A model generated the notes under the pieces. The model did not search any database. It was not told the DNA's origin and saw only the letters and a program-made list of their open reading frames with translations. Below, piece after piece: positions 30,786 to 43,200 of a stretch of DNA of 64,000 bases (position 1 is its first letter; every line of letters starts with the position of its first letter). A program made the position numbers and the translations under genes. Origin of the DNA: an uncultured virus (IMG/VR IMGVR_UViG_3300025881_000012) (lineage: Duplodnaviria > Heunggongvirae > Uroviricota > Caudoviricetes); the IMG/VR virus record IMGVR_UViG_3300025881_000012; one strand, 5' to 3'.

Positions 30786-31958
30786 TTATGCGTATTTTCC
30801 ACAGTCAATGACTGCGAACTCTAAGTTCTCTACTTTAATAAACGGCGCTATAATGCCAGGATCAAACGTCCAACTCGCTGAGTCTATACCGTTATTGACG
30901 TAAGTGATTGTGGCAATAGGTGTGTTTGAATCTCCTAATGCAATACCACTTTGATCAGCGTCTCGTGCTGTTGGTATATTGTTGGCAAGGATAATTCTTT
31001 TATCAGTTATTAATACTTTACCGGTATTAAGATTCGTTTGGTCACCATTAACTGTTAAATTACCGGTGATGATTGCATTTTCATTTATATAAAGGCTCTT
31101 ACCTTCCAGCCATCCTAGTGTTTTTACAAAGTTGGGTGCAGTAATACCAATATGATCAGAATCCGTAATGGGATTATTTGCGGAGTCTGAATAAAATGCT
31201 TGCTTGCCGTCGTAATATCCTGCTAACCCTTTGGCTAGTTGCCCGCTCAGTCCGTCGGACCAAGTGAGATAAGGCGCACCCGTGCCGTCACGAAGCATTG
31301 CTGAGTCAGAGGTGATAAACGATTGTGTTAAAATAATTTCAGGTGTATAAACTGCGCCTGATGCCCGCATGTTGACAAACGTGGCACTATCTGCTAGAAT
31401 CTGATCAAGGGTTTTGTTTGCGTCTGTAATCAGTGCACTGTTTGCTGTCAAAGTACCCTGTTGATGATTCAGCAGATCTGTAAAGTATTTACCACCAATT
31501 GTTTCTATATTGGTAGAGTAACCGCTGTCATTGTTGGCACCTGTGGCGATATATAATCTATCACCACCATTACCAAAACCATCAGTCGCATTGTCAACAA
31601 GGTAAGAATATGCTATCTCGCCTTGCTGAAGAATGACAGGCTCACCTTGAGTGCCTGATCTTCGGATAAGAATGTTTGTATGATCACTATCACTAGGATA
31701 TGTCTTGCCATCTACCTCTAGAACAGGACTGTCAGTAACAATATACCCACCAGCATCGGAGTCATAAGTAATAACTCCACCGTCGGTCGCACCCGAAGTG
31801 TCTAGCCCTACTATGTTATCAATATCAACATAAGGACCAATTGTTATTGTGGATAAAGGAACACCTACAACAATTTTTTCTACTTTGGTTGTTTCACCAA
31901 CTAAAACTTTATAACTAGGTGAACCTACAAGTATCTTATCAACACGGATATCTGTCAT
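30786..31958 (-). CDS. Tail-fibre-like structural protein
   Basis: ILIRRSGT...GEIAY...DRLYI, IGGKYFTDLL, GTLTANSALI motifs; ends IDCGKY. Confidence 0.7.
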   Translation of the reverse strand: MTDIRVDKILVGSPSYKVLVGETTKVEKIVVGVPLSTITIGPYVDIDNIVGLDTSGATDGGVITYDSDAGGYIVTDSPVLEVDGKTYPSDSDHTNILIRRSGTQGEPVILQQGEIAYSYLVDNATDGFGNGGDRLYIATGANNDSGYSTNIETIGGKYFTDLLNHQQGTLTANSALITDANKTLDQILADSATFVNMRASGAVYTPEIILTQSFITSDSAMLRDGTGAPYLTWSDGLSGQLAKGLAGYYDGKQAFYSDSANNPITDSDHIGITAPNFVKTLGWLEGKSLYINENAIITGNLTVNGDQTNLNTGKVLITDKRIILANNIPTARDADQSGIALGDSNTPIATITYVNNGIDSASWTFDPGIIAPFIKVENLEFAVIDCGKYA

Positions 31959-31961
31959 ACG

Positions 31962-32312
31962 TTACTCAGTGACAGAAGGAGAAACGGTTATTTTCCCCTG
32001 TAGAACTCTCTCCACAACTACTGGATCGGAGCCCACAGATATTTCTACATCATATACATAACGTTTTTTAGGATTTAATGCCTGAGATTCTGTATTGGTA
32101 AGTGATAGATTTACTATGCCATCTGTTGCGGGTGATCCTATCGCGGCAGTGAAGGCGATCTTTTCACCCGCTGGCGCATCATACCTGGTAGCCATGGAAG
32201 CGGCAGCGGTGTGTGCAGTGAGGTCTTTCTTAGTGCCGTCTGGATTAACCAAGTAGATTTCTATTGCAACATCTGTGCCTTGATCTATCGTTAGATCTTC
32301 ATAGTGTGCCAT
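31962..32312 (-). CDS. Small Ig-like virion protein (BppU-N-like)
   Basis: LTIDQG..., DLTAHTA, RYVYDVEI, RVLQGKITVSP pattern. Confidence 0.65.
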   Translation of the reverse strand: MAHYEDLTIDQGTDVAIEIYLVNPDGTKKDLTAHTAAASMATRYDAPAGEKIAFTAAIGSPATDGIVNLSLTNTESQALNPKKRYVYDVEISVGSDPVVVERVLQGKITVSPSVTE

Positions 32313-32340
32313 GTCTTATAATTTCCATATTACTATGGTT

Positions 32341-33030
32341 TTATTTATAAGAACTTATCTCTTCAATGATGTCATCTTGCCAATTTAACGATGTTTCATC
32401 GCGGGAAAGTGTGAAGGCAACGGTCATTCTCGTGCAATTTGTTGATGCGGCATGATAAAACAAATGCTCTTCACCATGTGAATAGGCACCAAAGAAACCT
32501 GCCTTGCATTGCCATCCCGGAGTATCATGCATTGTCACAATCGCTTTCTTCTCCATGTCCCAATACTTGAACCAACCATCGCCAGTCTCAGACCATGTAA
32601 ATATAAAATTGTATGCGGGTGCGTTTGCGTTGTTATGCCACGAGATATATCCACCAGGAGGATAGACAGTGAACAAAGCGTTGGTCTTGAAGTTAAAAGA
32701 AAGCATGATATTGCTCATCATACTCTGAACACGCTTGCCAAACTCTGCCTTTTGTGCACTAGTGCTGTCGGGTTTAAACTTTAAATTGTTTGTCATGGAG
32801 TAACCATAAATGGCTTCGGGAAAGCCGTCATGACCTCGTCCCATCTCCATTATTTTAAACAATTCTTCGTCAGAAGTAAACCGTTCTTGTTCGTGTCTCT
32901 GATTCCAACAAGTAGGTTCTGTTACTAGATAGTTGTCATCTGTTATTAACCACTCTACTTCTTTGAGTTTGCTTAAAGCATAATTATTGAGCGGAATGTC
33001 TTGCATTCCTTTTCTGAAACTATGATTCAT
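32341..33030 (-). CDS. Putative Fe(II)-dependent oxygenase, double-stranded beta-helix fold
   Basis: YPPGGYISWHNN (H-x-N instead of H-x-D), distal FYHAASTNCTRMTVAF (His...Arg). Confidence 0.6.
   Translation of the reverse strand: MNHSFRKGMQDIPLNNYALSKLKEVEWLITDDNYLVTEPTCWNQRHEQERFTSDEELFKIMEMGRGHDGFPEAIYGYSMTNNLKFKPDSTSAQKAEFGKRVQSMMSNIMLSFNFKTNALFTVYPPGGYISWHNNANAPAYNFIFTWSETGDGWFKYWDMEKKAIVTMHDTPGWQCKAGFFGAYSHGEEHLFYHAASTNCTRMTVAFTLSRDETSLNWQDDIIEEISSYK
32342..32349 (-). promoter_or_regulatory. T4-type late promoter TATAAATA
   Basis: Exact consensus overlapping the upstream stop, about 30 nt before ATG 32312. Confidence 0.7.
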
Positions 33031-33770
33031 TGGTCTCTTTTCATTTGTATATTAGAGTAGTGCCTTATGACAACTGGATCTTGGTTGTGCTTATACAAGT
33101 ATCCATTGAAATAATTCCATCTCGCATCGTCTTCAAAAATACTTACCTTGAGATCTTTGTACTTGGGTACTTTGTTGACCAACCACCAGAGTGAGAATTG
33201 ATCCCATCGTTTGAATGATTGTGGATAATTCTCTAGATCTTCAGTGCCGTCTGCTTTCGTCGGCCACCATCTGCCCGCATATTGTTCTACGGTCAGTTCA
33301 TACCACTCTTTCATAAATTCTCGTACAAGCGGGTTAGTCATATCATACAAACACACACCACCACACAGATCAAAGCCGCCGGGTTTTCCATCAGGCTTTC
33401 GCGCCCCCTCAAAAAATACCTCTGCATAACAATAGTGTCGGTCTTCGGGCAAGCCGGTAAAAACTAAATCATTGTCTTTCAATTCATCAAAAACTTTTGC
33501 AATGTCTTCATGCTCAACTTCACAGTCGGCATCAATATAAAACGTCTTGTCGTATGGACTCATTGCCATACCTTTGAGTTTGGAACGCTTATGATCTTCA
33601 ATGAAGCCCAGATGATCCACTATTTTTTCTTTACCATCAAGAAATCTTTCTTCAGTAAAGAGTGCGCACTGAGCGTCAGGATGAAAATCTTTGATAGAAT
33701 CAATCAGATTGATTGCCATATCGTAAAACAGTTTTTTGGTTGACGCTACAACAACATAACCTTCAGACAT
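33027..33770 (-). CDS. Putative GT-A fold glycosyltransferase
   Basis: GYVVVAS start, SPYDKTFYIDADC (DxD), GGVCLY, WDQFSLW, VIRHYS. Start set at MSEGY (33770). Confidence 0.8.
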   Translation of the reverse strand: MSEGYVVVASTKKLFYDMAINLIDSIKDFHPDAQCALFTEERFLDGKEKIVDHLGFIEDHKRSKLKGMAMSPYDKTFYIDADCEVEHEDIAKVFDELKDNDLVFTGLPEDRHYCYAEVFFEGARKPDGKPGGFDLCGGVCLYDMTNPLVREFMKEWYELTVEQYAGRWWPTKADGTEDLENYPQSFKRWDQFSLWWLVNKVPKYKDLKVSIFEDDARWNYFNGYLYKHNQDPVVIRHYSNIQMKRDQ

Positions 33771-34206
33771 CTGGATCTTCCAATATGCCCATATCAATAG
33801 CAATAATTAAAGTCGCAAGGGCATTCATTTCAACTTCATTTTCTGCTCGGCGTAATTTAGAACGGAGTTTTCTGTTCTCACAATTCTTAATTGCTTCTAT
33901 CTCAAACGCTTTTATCTTGAGGTCAAATAACGATTCTAGTTTTTTGGCTTGCTTTTGTTGCTCGTCCCGAACGATTTGAGTGGCACGACTATTCTCTTTC
34001 TCTTGTCTTCGCTTTTCACTTGATGCATCAATACCAGGAATGGTTAATTCACTAATGATAGAATCCCAAATACCATCGCCTTGTTCGCTGGTTAATACTT
34101 CAGTTTTTTCTTTGCCGTTCTCTAGTCTACTGACTCTAATGCATTTAAGAGCGGTCTTTGTATCATTGGTCCAAAACGCATTGTCTTGGTAATAATAGTG
34201 ATTCAT
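33763..34206 (-). CDS. Hypothetical protein (147 aa), possible fibre assembly chaperone
   Basis: GAGGA RBS, charged helical C-half, directly downstream of the giant repeat gene; function inferred from position only. Confidence 0.7.
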   Translation of the reverse strand: MNHYYYQDNAFWTNDTKTALKCIRVSRLENGKEKTEVLTSEQGDGIWDSIISELTIPGIDASSEKRRQEKENSRATQIVRDEQQKQAKKLESLFDLKIKAFEIEAIKNCENRKLRSKLRRAENEVEMNALATLIIAIDMGILEDPDV

Positions 34207-34218
34207 TGATCTTCCTCA

Positions 34219-37200
34219 TTAAGCGACTCTACACCAGAGAGTCCATATCTCGTAAGTCACGGGCGGCTGTAACAGATTGTCTCTATCGCCGTATACACCA
34301 GAATAAAACTCAGTACCGCTGTATGTACTAGTGTATATAGCACCCTCGTAAGGCAGTTCTTTATCAAGAGGATTGAGATTATTACCGCCTGCGCCAGGCG
34401 CGCCTTCAAATATTCCACTGTAACCAGAATCATAGACACTAGTGTAACCCGCACCATCATATGATGCCCCATCATAGTTGGCTGTAATAATATCACCACC
34501 GTACTCACCCACATAAGCCGATTCATACAGTGCTTCATACTCAGAATCATATGCCGCATCATAGAGACCTGTGTAAGTTGTCTCATAACTACCAGTATAA
34601 CCTATTGCATCGTAAGTTGCAACATATATTCCTACATAAGTGGATTGATATGACGGTATATAAAAGCCAGTATATGTTCCGAGATATGATGACTCATACT
34701 CAGAGGTATATGCTGAAGAGTAGTCACTGGTATATGTCGTCTCATAAATCTCACCGTCATAAGATTCTATAGATTCTCTCTCATAAAATCCAGTGTATTC
34801 TTCAGGCGATTCACGAGTGTACAAGCCTTCGTAAGTAGTGTCCTGTGATCGCTCATAAAATCCAGTGTACGTTATCCCTTCGGTTCGTTCGTACAAGCCT
34901 TCATAAGTAATATCCTGCTGTCGCTCATAGAGACCAGTGTATGTGATCTCTTGAGTTCTTTCGTAAGCACCTGAGTAGGTGATATCCTGCTGTCGTTCAT
35001 AAAGACCCTCGTAAGTTATGTTTTGAGTACGACCGTAGATACCTTCGTAAGTTATTTCCTGCGTTCTTTCGTAAGCACCAGAGTAAGTGATGTCTTGCTG
35101 TCGTTCATAAAGACCCTCGTAAGTTATGTTTTGAGTACGACCATACAGACCCTCATAAGTGATCTCTTGAGTTCGCTCATACAAACCTTCATAGGTTATC
35201 TCTTCGGTTCTTTCATATAAGCCTTCATAGGTTATTTCTTCGGTTCTTTCATAAGCACCTGTGTAGGTGATATCTTGTTGTCTTTCATAGAGACCTTCAT
35301 ACGTTATGTTCTGCTGTCTCTCATAAAGGCCTTCATACGTTATACCTTGAGTTCGTTCATACAAACCAGTGTATGTGATATCTTGTTGTCTCTCATAGAG
35401 ACCCTCATAGGTAACTTCTTCACTTCTTTCGTATAATCCAGTGTAAGTTATATCCTGCTGGCGTTCGTATAATCCAGTGTAAGTTATATCCTGCTGGCGT
35501 TCATACAAACCAGTGTATGTGATATCTTGTTGTCTCTCATAGAGACCCTCATAAGTAATGTCTTGTTGCCGCTCATATAATCCGGTGTACGTAGTGTCTT
35601 GTTGCCGCTCATAGAAACCTTGATAGGTAATATCTTGCTGACGTTCGTACAAGCCAGTGTATGTAATGTCTTGTTGACGTTCATAGAAACCTTCGTAGGT
35701 TATACCTTGAGTTCTTTCATACAGACCTGTGTACGTTATCTCTTCTGTTCGTTCGTATAATCCAACGTATGTGATGTCCTGTTGACGTTCGTACAAACCT
35801 TCATAAGTTATGTCTTGTTGTCTTTCGTACAAGCCGGTGTACGTTATCTCTTCTGTTCGTTCGTAAGCGCCTTCATAAGTGATATCCTGTTGACGTTCAT
35901 ACAAGCCTTCATAAGTAATATCCTGCTGGCGTTCGTACAAACCTTCATAAGTTATGTTTTGAGTACGACCGTAGATACCTTCGTAAGTTATTTCCTGTGT
36001 TCTTTCGTAAGCGCCTTCATAAGTGATGTCCTGTTGACGTTCATAAAGACCCTCGTAAGTGATATCCTGCTGGCGTTCGTATAAGCCCGAGTAGGTGATA
36101 TCTTGTTGTCTCTCATAGAGACCTTCATATGTGATATCTTGCTGGCGTTCGTACAAGCCTTCATAAGTAATATCCTGCTGGCGCTCATACAATCCAGTGT
36201 ATGTGATATCCTGCTGGCGTTCATAAAGACCTTCATACGTTAGATCCTGCTGTCTTTCATAAAATCCCGTGTACGTTATACCTTGAGTTCTTTCGTAAAG
36301 TCCAGTATAAGTGATCTCTTGAGTTCGCTCATACAATCCAGTGTAGGTAATATCTTGCTGGCGTTCGTAAAGACCTTCGTATGTGATATCCTGTTGACGT
36401 TCGTACAAGCCCTCATAGGTAGCATCTTGTTGACGTTCGTAGAAGCCCGTGTATGTAATATCCTGTTGACGTTCATAGAGTCCAGTGTATGTAATATCCT
36501 GCTGGCGTTCGTAGAGACCTTCGTATGTGATGTCCTGTTGACGTTCATACAAGCCTTCATAGGTAATATCCTGTTGGCGTTCATATAAGCCTTGATATCC
36601 TATGGTCTGACTTCTTTCGTAAAGCCCTTGGTATGTAATGTCTTGTTGACGTTCATACAAGCCCTGGTAAACAACACTCTCTTGTCGTTCGTATTCTCCA
36701 ACGTAAGTAATAGATTGAGTTCTTTCATAAAAGCCCTCATAGCCACCAATGAAGTCGCGTGAATACTGACCAACAAAGTTTCGAGAGTATTGACCAATGT
36801 AATTACCACCGAACTGCCTACTATACGTACCAGTGAAGTTTCGTGCGTATTGTCCAGTATAAGTGCCTTCAAAGTTTCGTGTATACGTACCAGTGAAGTT
36901 TCGGGCGTATTGACCAGTATAAGTGCCTTCAAAGTTTCTTGAATACTGTCCTACAAAGTCTCTAACATATTGACCCGTATACGAACCTTCAAAGTTTCTT
37001 GAATAGTTACCAGTGAAGTTTCGTGCGTATTGTCCAGTATAAGTGCCTTCAAAGTTTCGTGCATATTCACCTGTAAAATCTCGTGCGTATTGACCAGTAT
37101 AAGTGCCTTCAAAGTTTCGTGCATACTGTCCTACAAAGTTTCGAGAGTATTGACCAATGTAATTACCACCGAACTGCCTACTATACGTACCTGCAAAGTT

Positions 37201-40200
37201 TCTACTATACGCACCAGTATATTGTCCAGCAAAGTTGTTTGAATACTGTCCTATGAAGACTCTTGAATACGAACCTAAATATGAACCAGAAAAGTTGTTT
37301 AAATAGTTGCCTAGAAAGTTTCGTGCGTAGTTGCCGGTGTATTGACCAAAAAACTGTCTTGCATAGTTACCCGCAAAGTTTCTACTATACTGACCAATAT
37401 AAGTGCCTTGAAAGTTTCTGGCATAATTACCAAGAAAGTTTCTAGCGTAGTTACCGGTGTATTGACCAGAAAAGTTGTTTAGATAGTTACCCGCAAAGTT
37501 TCTACTATACTGACCAGTATATTGACCAGCAAAGTTGTTTAGATAGTTACCCGCAAAGTTTCGTGCGTAGTTGCCAGTATATTGTCCCGCAAAATTGTTT
37601 AAATAATTACCCGCAAAGTTTCTACTATACTGACCAGTATATTGACCAGCAAAATTGTTTAAATAGTTACCTGCAAAGTTTCTAGCGTAGTTACCGGTGT
37701 ATTGACCAGCAAACTGACGAGAATAGTTACCAGTAAAGTTTCGGGTGTATGCGCCAAGATAATTACCAGCAAAGTTTCTACTATACTGACCAAGAAAGAA
37801 TCTGGCATAGCCGCCAACGTAAGCGCCAGCGAAGTTTCTGGCATAGTTACCTAAGAAGTTTCGAGCATAGTTACCAGCATATGTACCCGCAAAGTTTCTG
37901 GCATAGTTACCTGCAAAGTTTCTGGCATAGTTGCCGGTATACTGACCGGCGAAGTTTCTGGCATAATTACCCGCAAAGTTTCTGGCGTAGTTACCGGTAT
38001 ACTGACCAGCAAAGTTTCTGGCATAATTACCCGCAAAGTTTCTAGCGTAGTTACCGGTGTATTGACCAGAAAAGTTTCTACTATACTGACCAGTATATTG
38101 TCCAGAAAAGTTTTGGCTCGTAGTTGACTGTGCAAAGAAATTGATACCAAATGATGTTCCTACGGGGTTATCAAAACTGTCAGTCCAACCTCCGAATGGG
38201 TACGGCACTGACCACGTCCAATTGGTCAGAGGGCTGGGCCCGAAGGGTGGGGTACTCACAAAATAACCGCCGGCGGGTCCACTACCAAAACTGGGAGAAG
38301 TATATAAGTTCTTTGTGGGGCTTGAGTAAGGTCCTGTCGGATGAGTACCACTTGCACCTACTATCTGAACACGAGTAAAGGTGAACTGAGGGTGAGTACC
38401 CCCCGCCGATACCCTGATTATGGGCAGGTTCTGCGGCGCGCCGATTGGTACAAATTTACTAAAATTATACATGGTGACAGATGGAATACCAAACGAAAAC
38501 GATGATGGACTAATAGATCCAGAGCCGCCACCGAACATATAACCATATTCATCGGACACATAAGGGTTGGGGGTCAAGCCGATAGTTATTGTAGCACTGC
38601 CTGCAGGCGTATTGTTGTTAGTAATATTTCTACTATACTGACCAGTATATTGTCCAGAAAAGTTTCTACTATACTGACCAGTATATTGACCCGCAAAGTT
38701 TCGAGCGTAGTTGCCTAAAAAGTTTCTAGCGTAGTTACCGGTGTATTGTCCAGCGAAGTTTCTGGCATAGTTACCTAAAAAGTTTCTGGCATAGTTACCA
38801 GTATACTGACCAGCAAAGTTTCTGGCATAGTTACCAGTAAAGTTTCCTGCGTAGTTGCCCGTATATTGACCAGTAAAGTTTCTGGCATAGTTACCAGCAA
38901 AGTTTCGTGAGTAGTTGCCCACATAAGCGCCTAGAAAGGTTCGAGCATAGAAACCAGTAAAGTTTCGGGCATAGTTACCAAGATAATTACCCAAAAACTC
39001 TCGCGCGTATTGACCAGCAAAGTTTCTGGCATAATTGCCGGTATACTGACCAGCGAAGTTTCGTGCGTAGTTGCCTAGAAAGTTTCGAGAGTATGTGCCA
39101 GTGTATTGACCAGAAAAGTTTCTGGCATAATTACCAAGAAAGTTTCGGGAGTATGTGCCAGTGTATTGTCCAGCAAAGTTTCGTGAGTAGTTACCAAGAA
39201 AGTTTCGAGAGTATGTCCCAGTGTATTGACCAGAAAAGTTTCTGGCATAATTACCAAGAAAGTTTCGGGAATAGGTACCAGTATATGTACCCGCAAAGTT
39301 TCTGGCATAGTTACCCGCAAAGTTTCTACTATACTGACCAACATAACTTCCTTCAAAGTTTCGTGCGTAGTTGCCTAGAAAGTTTCTACTATACGCACCA
39401 GTATACTGACCAGCGAAGTTGTTTAGATAGTTACCCGCAAAGTTTCGCGAGTATGTGCCTATATAATTGCCTTCAAAGGCCCGAGAATAACTTCCTTCAA
39501 AGTTTCGTGCGTATGTGCCCGTGTATTGACCAATAAAGGCTCGTGCGTATTGACCAACAAAGTCTCGTGAGTATTGACCACCATAGGTACCTTCAAAGTT
39601 TCGACTATAAGTGCCTGCAAAGTTTCTACTATACTGACCAACATAACTTCCTTCAAAGTTTCTTGAATATACGCCTGCAAAGTTTCGAGAATACTGCCCT
39701 ATATAATTGCCTTCAAAGTTTCGTGCATACTGCCCCGCAAACAATCGTGAATACTGTCCGATGTAGGTGCCTTCAAAGTTTCGACTAAAAGTGCCTGCAA
39801 AGTTTCTAGCATATTGACCAATATAATTGCCTTCAAAGTTTCTTGAATACTGCCCTACAAAGTCTCTAGCGTATTGACCAATATAATTGCCTTCAAAGTT
39901 TCTTGAATACTGCCCTACAAAGTCTCGTGAGTACTGACCGCCATAAGTGCCTTCAAAGTTTCGGCTATAAGTGCCTTCAAAGTTTCTTGAGTAAGTTCCA
40001 AAGTAAGTTTCGGGTACTTGACCGGTATATTCTGCTGAATATGGTTTAGATATTTGACCTTCATATTGAGCCAAGTAGTTTTCTGGTACTTGACCTATGT
40101 AAGAGCCAACATAATCTTCAGGAACTTGACCAATGTACTCAGCACCATAAACTTCTTCTACCTGACCAACATAAGACGTTGTGTATTGTTCGGGTACTTG

Positions 40201-43200
40201 ACCAACATATGCTGTTGTGTATTGCTCAGGAATCTGACCAACATAAGCACCGACATAATCTTCGGGCACTTGACCGACATATGATGTTGTGTAATCTTCC
40301 TCTATCTGTCCAACATAAGCGCCAATATATTGCTCAGGAATCTGACCAACATAAGACGTTGTGTATTGCTCAGGAATCTGACCGACATATGCGCCTACAT
40401 AATCTTCAGGAACTTGGCCAGTATATGCGCCAACATAATCTTCGGGTACTTGACCCGTGTAACCTGTTGTGTAAAACTCTTCTATTTGACCGACGTAAGC
40501 ACCAACATATTGTTCTGGCACTTGACCAACATAAGCACCGACATAATCTTCGGGTACTTGACCGACATATGATGTTACATATTGTTTTGCTATTTGACCA
40601 ATGTATGCACCCACATATTGCTCGGGCACTTGTCCAACGTAAGCAGTTGTGTAATATTCCTCTACCTGACCAACATAAGACGTTGTGTATTGCTCGGGCA
40701 CTTGTCCAACGTAAGCGCCAACATATTGTTCTGGTACTTGACCTGTATATGCACCAACATATTGTTCAGGAACACCACCGGTGTAAGCAGTTTCATACTG
40801 TTCGGGTACTTGACCGACATAAGCACCGACATAATCTTCGGGCACTTGACCGACATAAGATGTTACATATTGCTCGGGTACTTGACCAGTATATGCACCA
40901 ACATAATCTTCGGCTATTTGACCAACGTAAGATGTTGCATATTGTTCTGCTATTTGACCGACATATGCGCCTACATAATCTTCAGGAACTTGACCAGTAT
41001 ATGCGCCAACATAATCTTCGGGTACTTGACCCGTGTATCCAGTCGTATATTGTTCTGCTATCTGACCAACGTAAGCGCCAACATAATCTTCTTCTATCTG
41101 ACCGACATAAGCGCCAACATAATCTTCTTCTATCTGACCGACATAAGCGCCAATATAATCCTCGGGTACTTGACCTACGTAAGATGTCGCATATTGTTCT
41201 GCTATCTGACCAACATATGATCCAACATAATCTTCGGGTATTTCACCTTGATATGCACCAACATAATCTTCGGGTATCTGACCGATATAAGAGCCGACAT
41301 AATCTTCGGGTATCTGTCCAGAGTATGCCCCAACATATTGCTCGGGTACTTGACCGATGTATGCGCCAACATAATCTTCGGGTACTTGACCCGTGTAACC
41401 TGTTGTGTATTGTTCGGGTACTTGACCGATGTATGCGCCAACATATTGCTCAGGCACTTGACCAACATAAGCAGTTGTATAATCTTCCTCTACCTGACCA
41501 ACATAAGCACCGACGTACTGTTCGGGTACTTGACCAGTGTACGCTCCTACATATTGCTCAGGCACTTGACCTGTGTATGCACCGACATATTGCTCAGGCA
41601 CTTGACCTGTATATGCTGTTTCATATTGTTCTGGCACTTGACCCACGTAAGCAGTGGTATAGTCTTCTATGACTTGACCAGTGTATGCACCGACATATTG
41701 TTCAGGAACACCACCGGTGTAAGCAGTTTCATACTGTTCGGGTACTTGGCCAACATAAGACGTGGTATAGTCTTCTATGACTTGACCGGTGTATGCACCC
41801 ACATAATCTTCAGCAATCTGTCCAGCATATCGTGTGGTATATTGTTCAGGCACTTGACCAGTATATGTCGTTGCGTAAGACTCTTCAACTTGTCCGACGT
41901 AAGTGGCAATATATTGTTCAGCAATATCGCCTTCATAGAATCCTTCATAGGTCTCTTCTATTTGACCTGTGTAAATTCCTTCATAAGTAGACTCGTATCC
42001 AGTTGTATAACTGGAATCATAGGTGGTTGTATAGGTTGAATCATACACTGTACCCGTATAGAATTGTTGCTCATAGACTTCCTCAACAGGTAAACCTTCA
42101 TACTTGTCAGAGAAAAACTCTACATCAATTGCGCCGTCATACTGACCAAGATATGATCCTTCATATGAAGTTGTATAGAGTGCCTCATACACAGACACAT
42201 ATTCGGAGATGTACGAACCCGTGTATCCTGAAATGTATTCACCGACATATGAACCTTCATACTCTGTAGTGTATGTACCTACATAAGAGGCGATATACTC
42301 TGATTCATATTCACTAACATAAATGCCCTCATATGAAGCCACATAAGTGCCGATATAGGTTGCCTGATATTCAGACTCATATTGGAATTCTTCGGTCCGA
42401 TCACCCTCATAGCCACCCGCAAAGTCATAATTTAATCGCGAGTCAACGGCTTTGCCTCTGGGTTGCCATACACCAGTATCTGTGGGAGCACCTTGCGCAC
42501 TGCTTCTTAACTGATAGGTACCAATGCCCGTGTCCATAATGACTTTTTTAGATCGTTCACCTAAAGTGAAGTCAATCTGAGGTACAGTCATCTCTTGCAA
42601 TGCTTCAAATACATTATCGTTCTTGCGTTTGATTGCAAGTGGTCTTATTTCTGTCGGTACTATATCTGAAGTCTTGATGTATATGCTGTATGTTATCGCA
42701 GTACCGTCTGACCGAGTATCAGTAAAGATGTTTTCAAGATAGGCTGTGTAGTCAGCACTAGGCGCTTCGTTGGAGAGTCTGTACGTACCAGGTCTTTCAT
42801 TCTGCATAATGTTAGAAATGACTCGTGCGCACATCACTTCTAGTTCATTATCATTCATTTCTTTCAGACCGTTTCTCACACGATCAAAATAAACTGGATT
42901 TCTTTTCTCACTACTTGTCTGAAGAGGTATTTGATTGTTGTTTTGGTATAGCGGATGAGATATGGTGCTTGCGCCAGGCGCATTTCTATCTTCTACCCGT
43001 GTTGTTCCAACAAAAGAAGAACTTACCTGTGCGGGTGTGTTTTCAGAATCTTGTGATGATACATCAAGAGTCGCTTGAAAGAGGCCAACGTTCTGAGTAA
43101 ATGATATCTCATATGTTGCGGTGAACTGACCCTTTAAACGTGGATTGGTAAACTTCTCCCAGGTGACAACATTACCATTAATATTTGATGCGGCAGGTGT

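Noticed and set aside
38115..38625. Diversity-generating retroelement target
   Set aside because: No reverse transcriptase and no second near-identical template copy were seen in this window.
34770..41980. 36-nt periodic repeats resembling a CRISPR array
   Set aside because: The units are contiguous with no unique spacers, vary mainly at synonymous positions, and lie in frame within one ORF. No cas genes are present.
39063..42539. Long plus-strand ORFs (for example 40179-41672, 497 aa; 41248-42039)
   Set aside because: These are antisense shadows of the repetitive minus-strand gene; repeats lacking stops in other frames produce them automatically.
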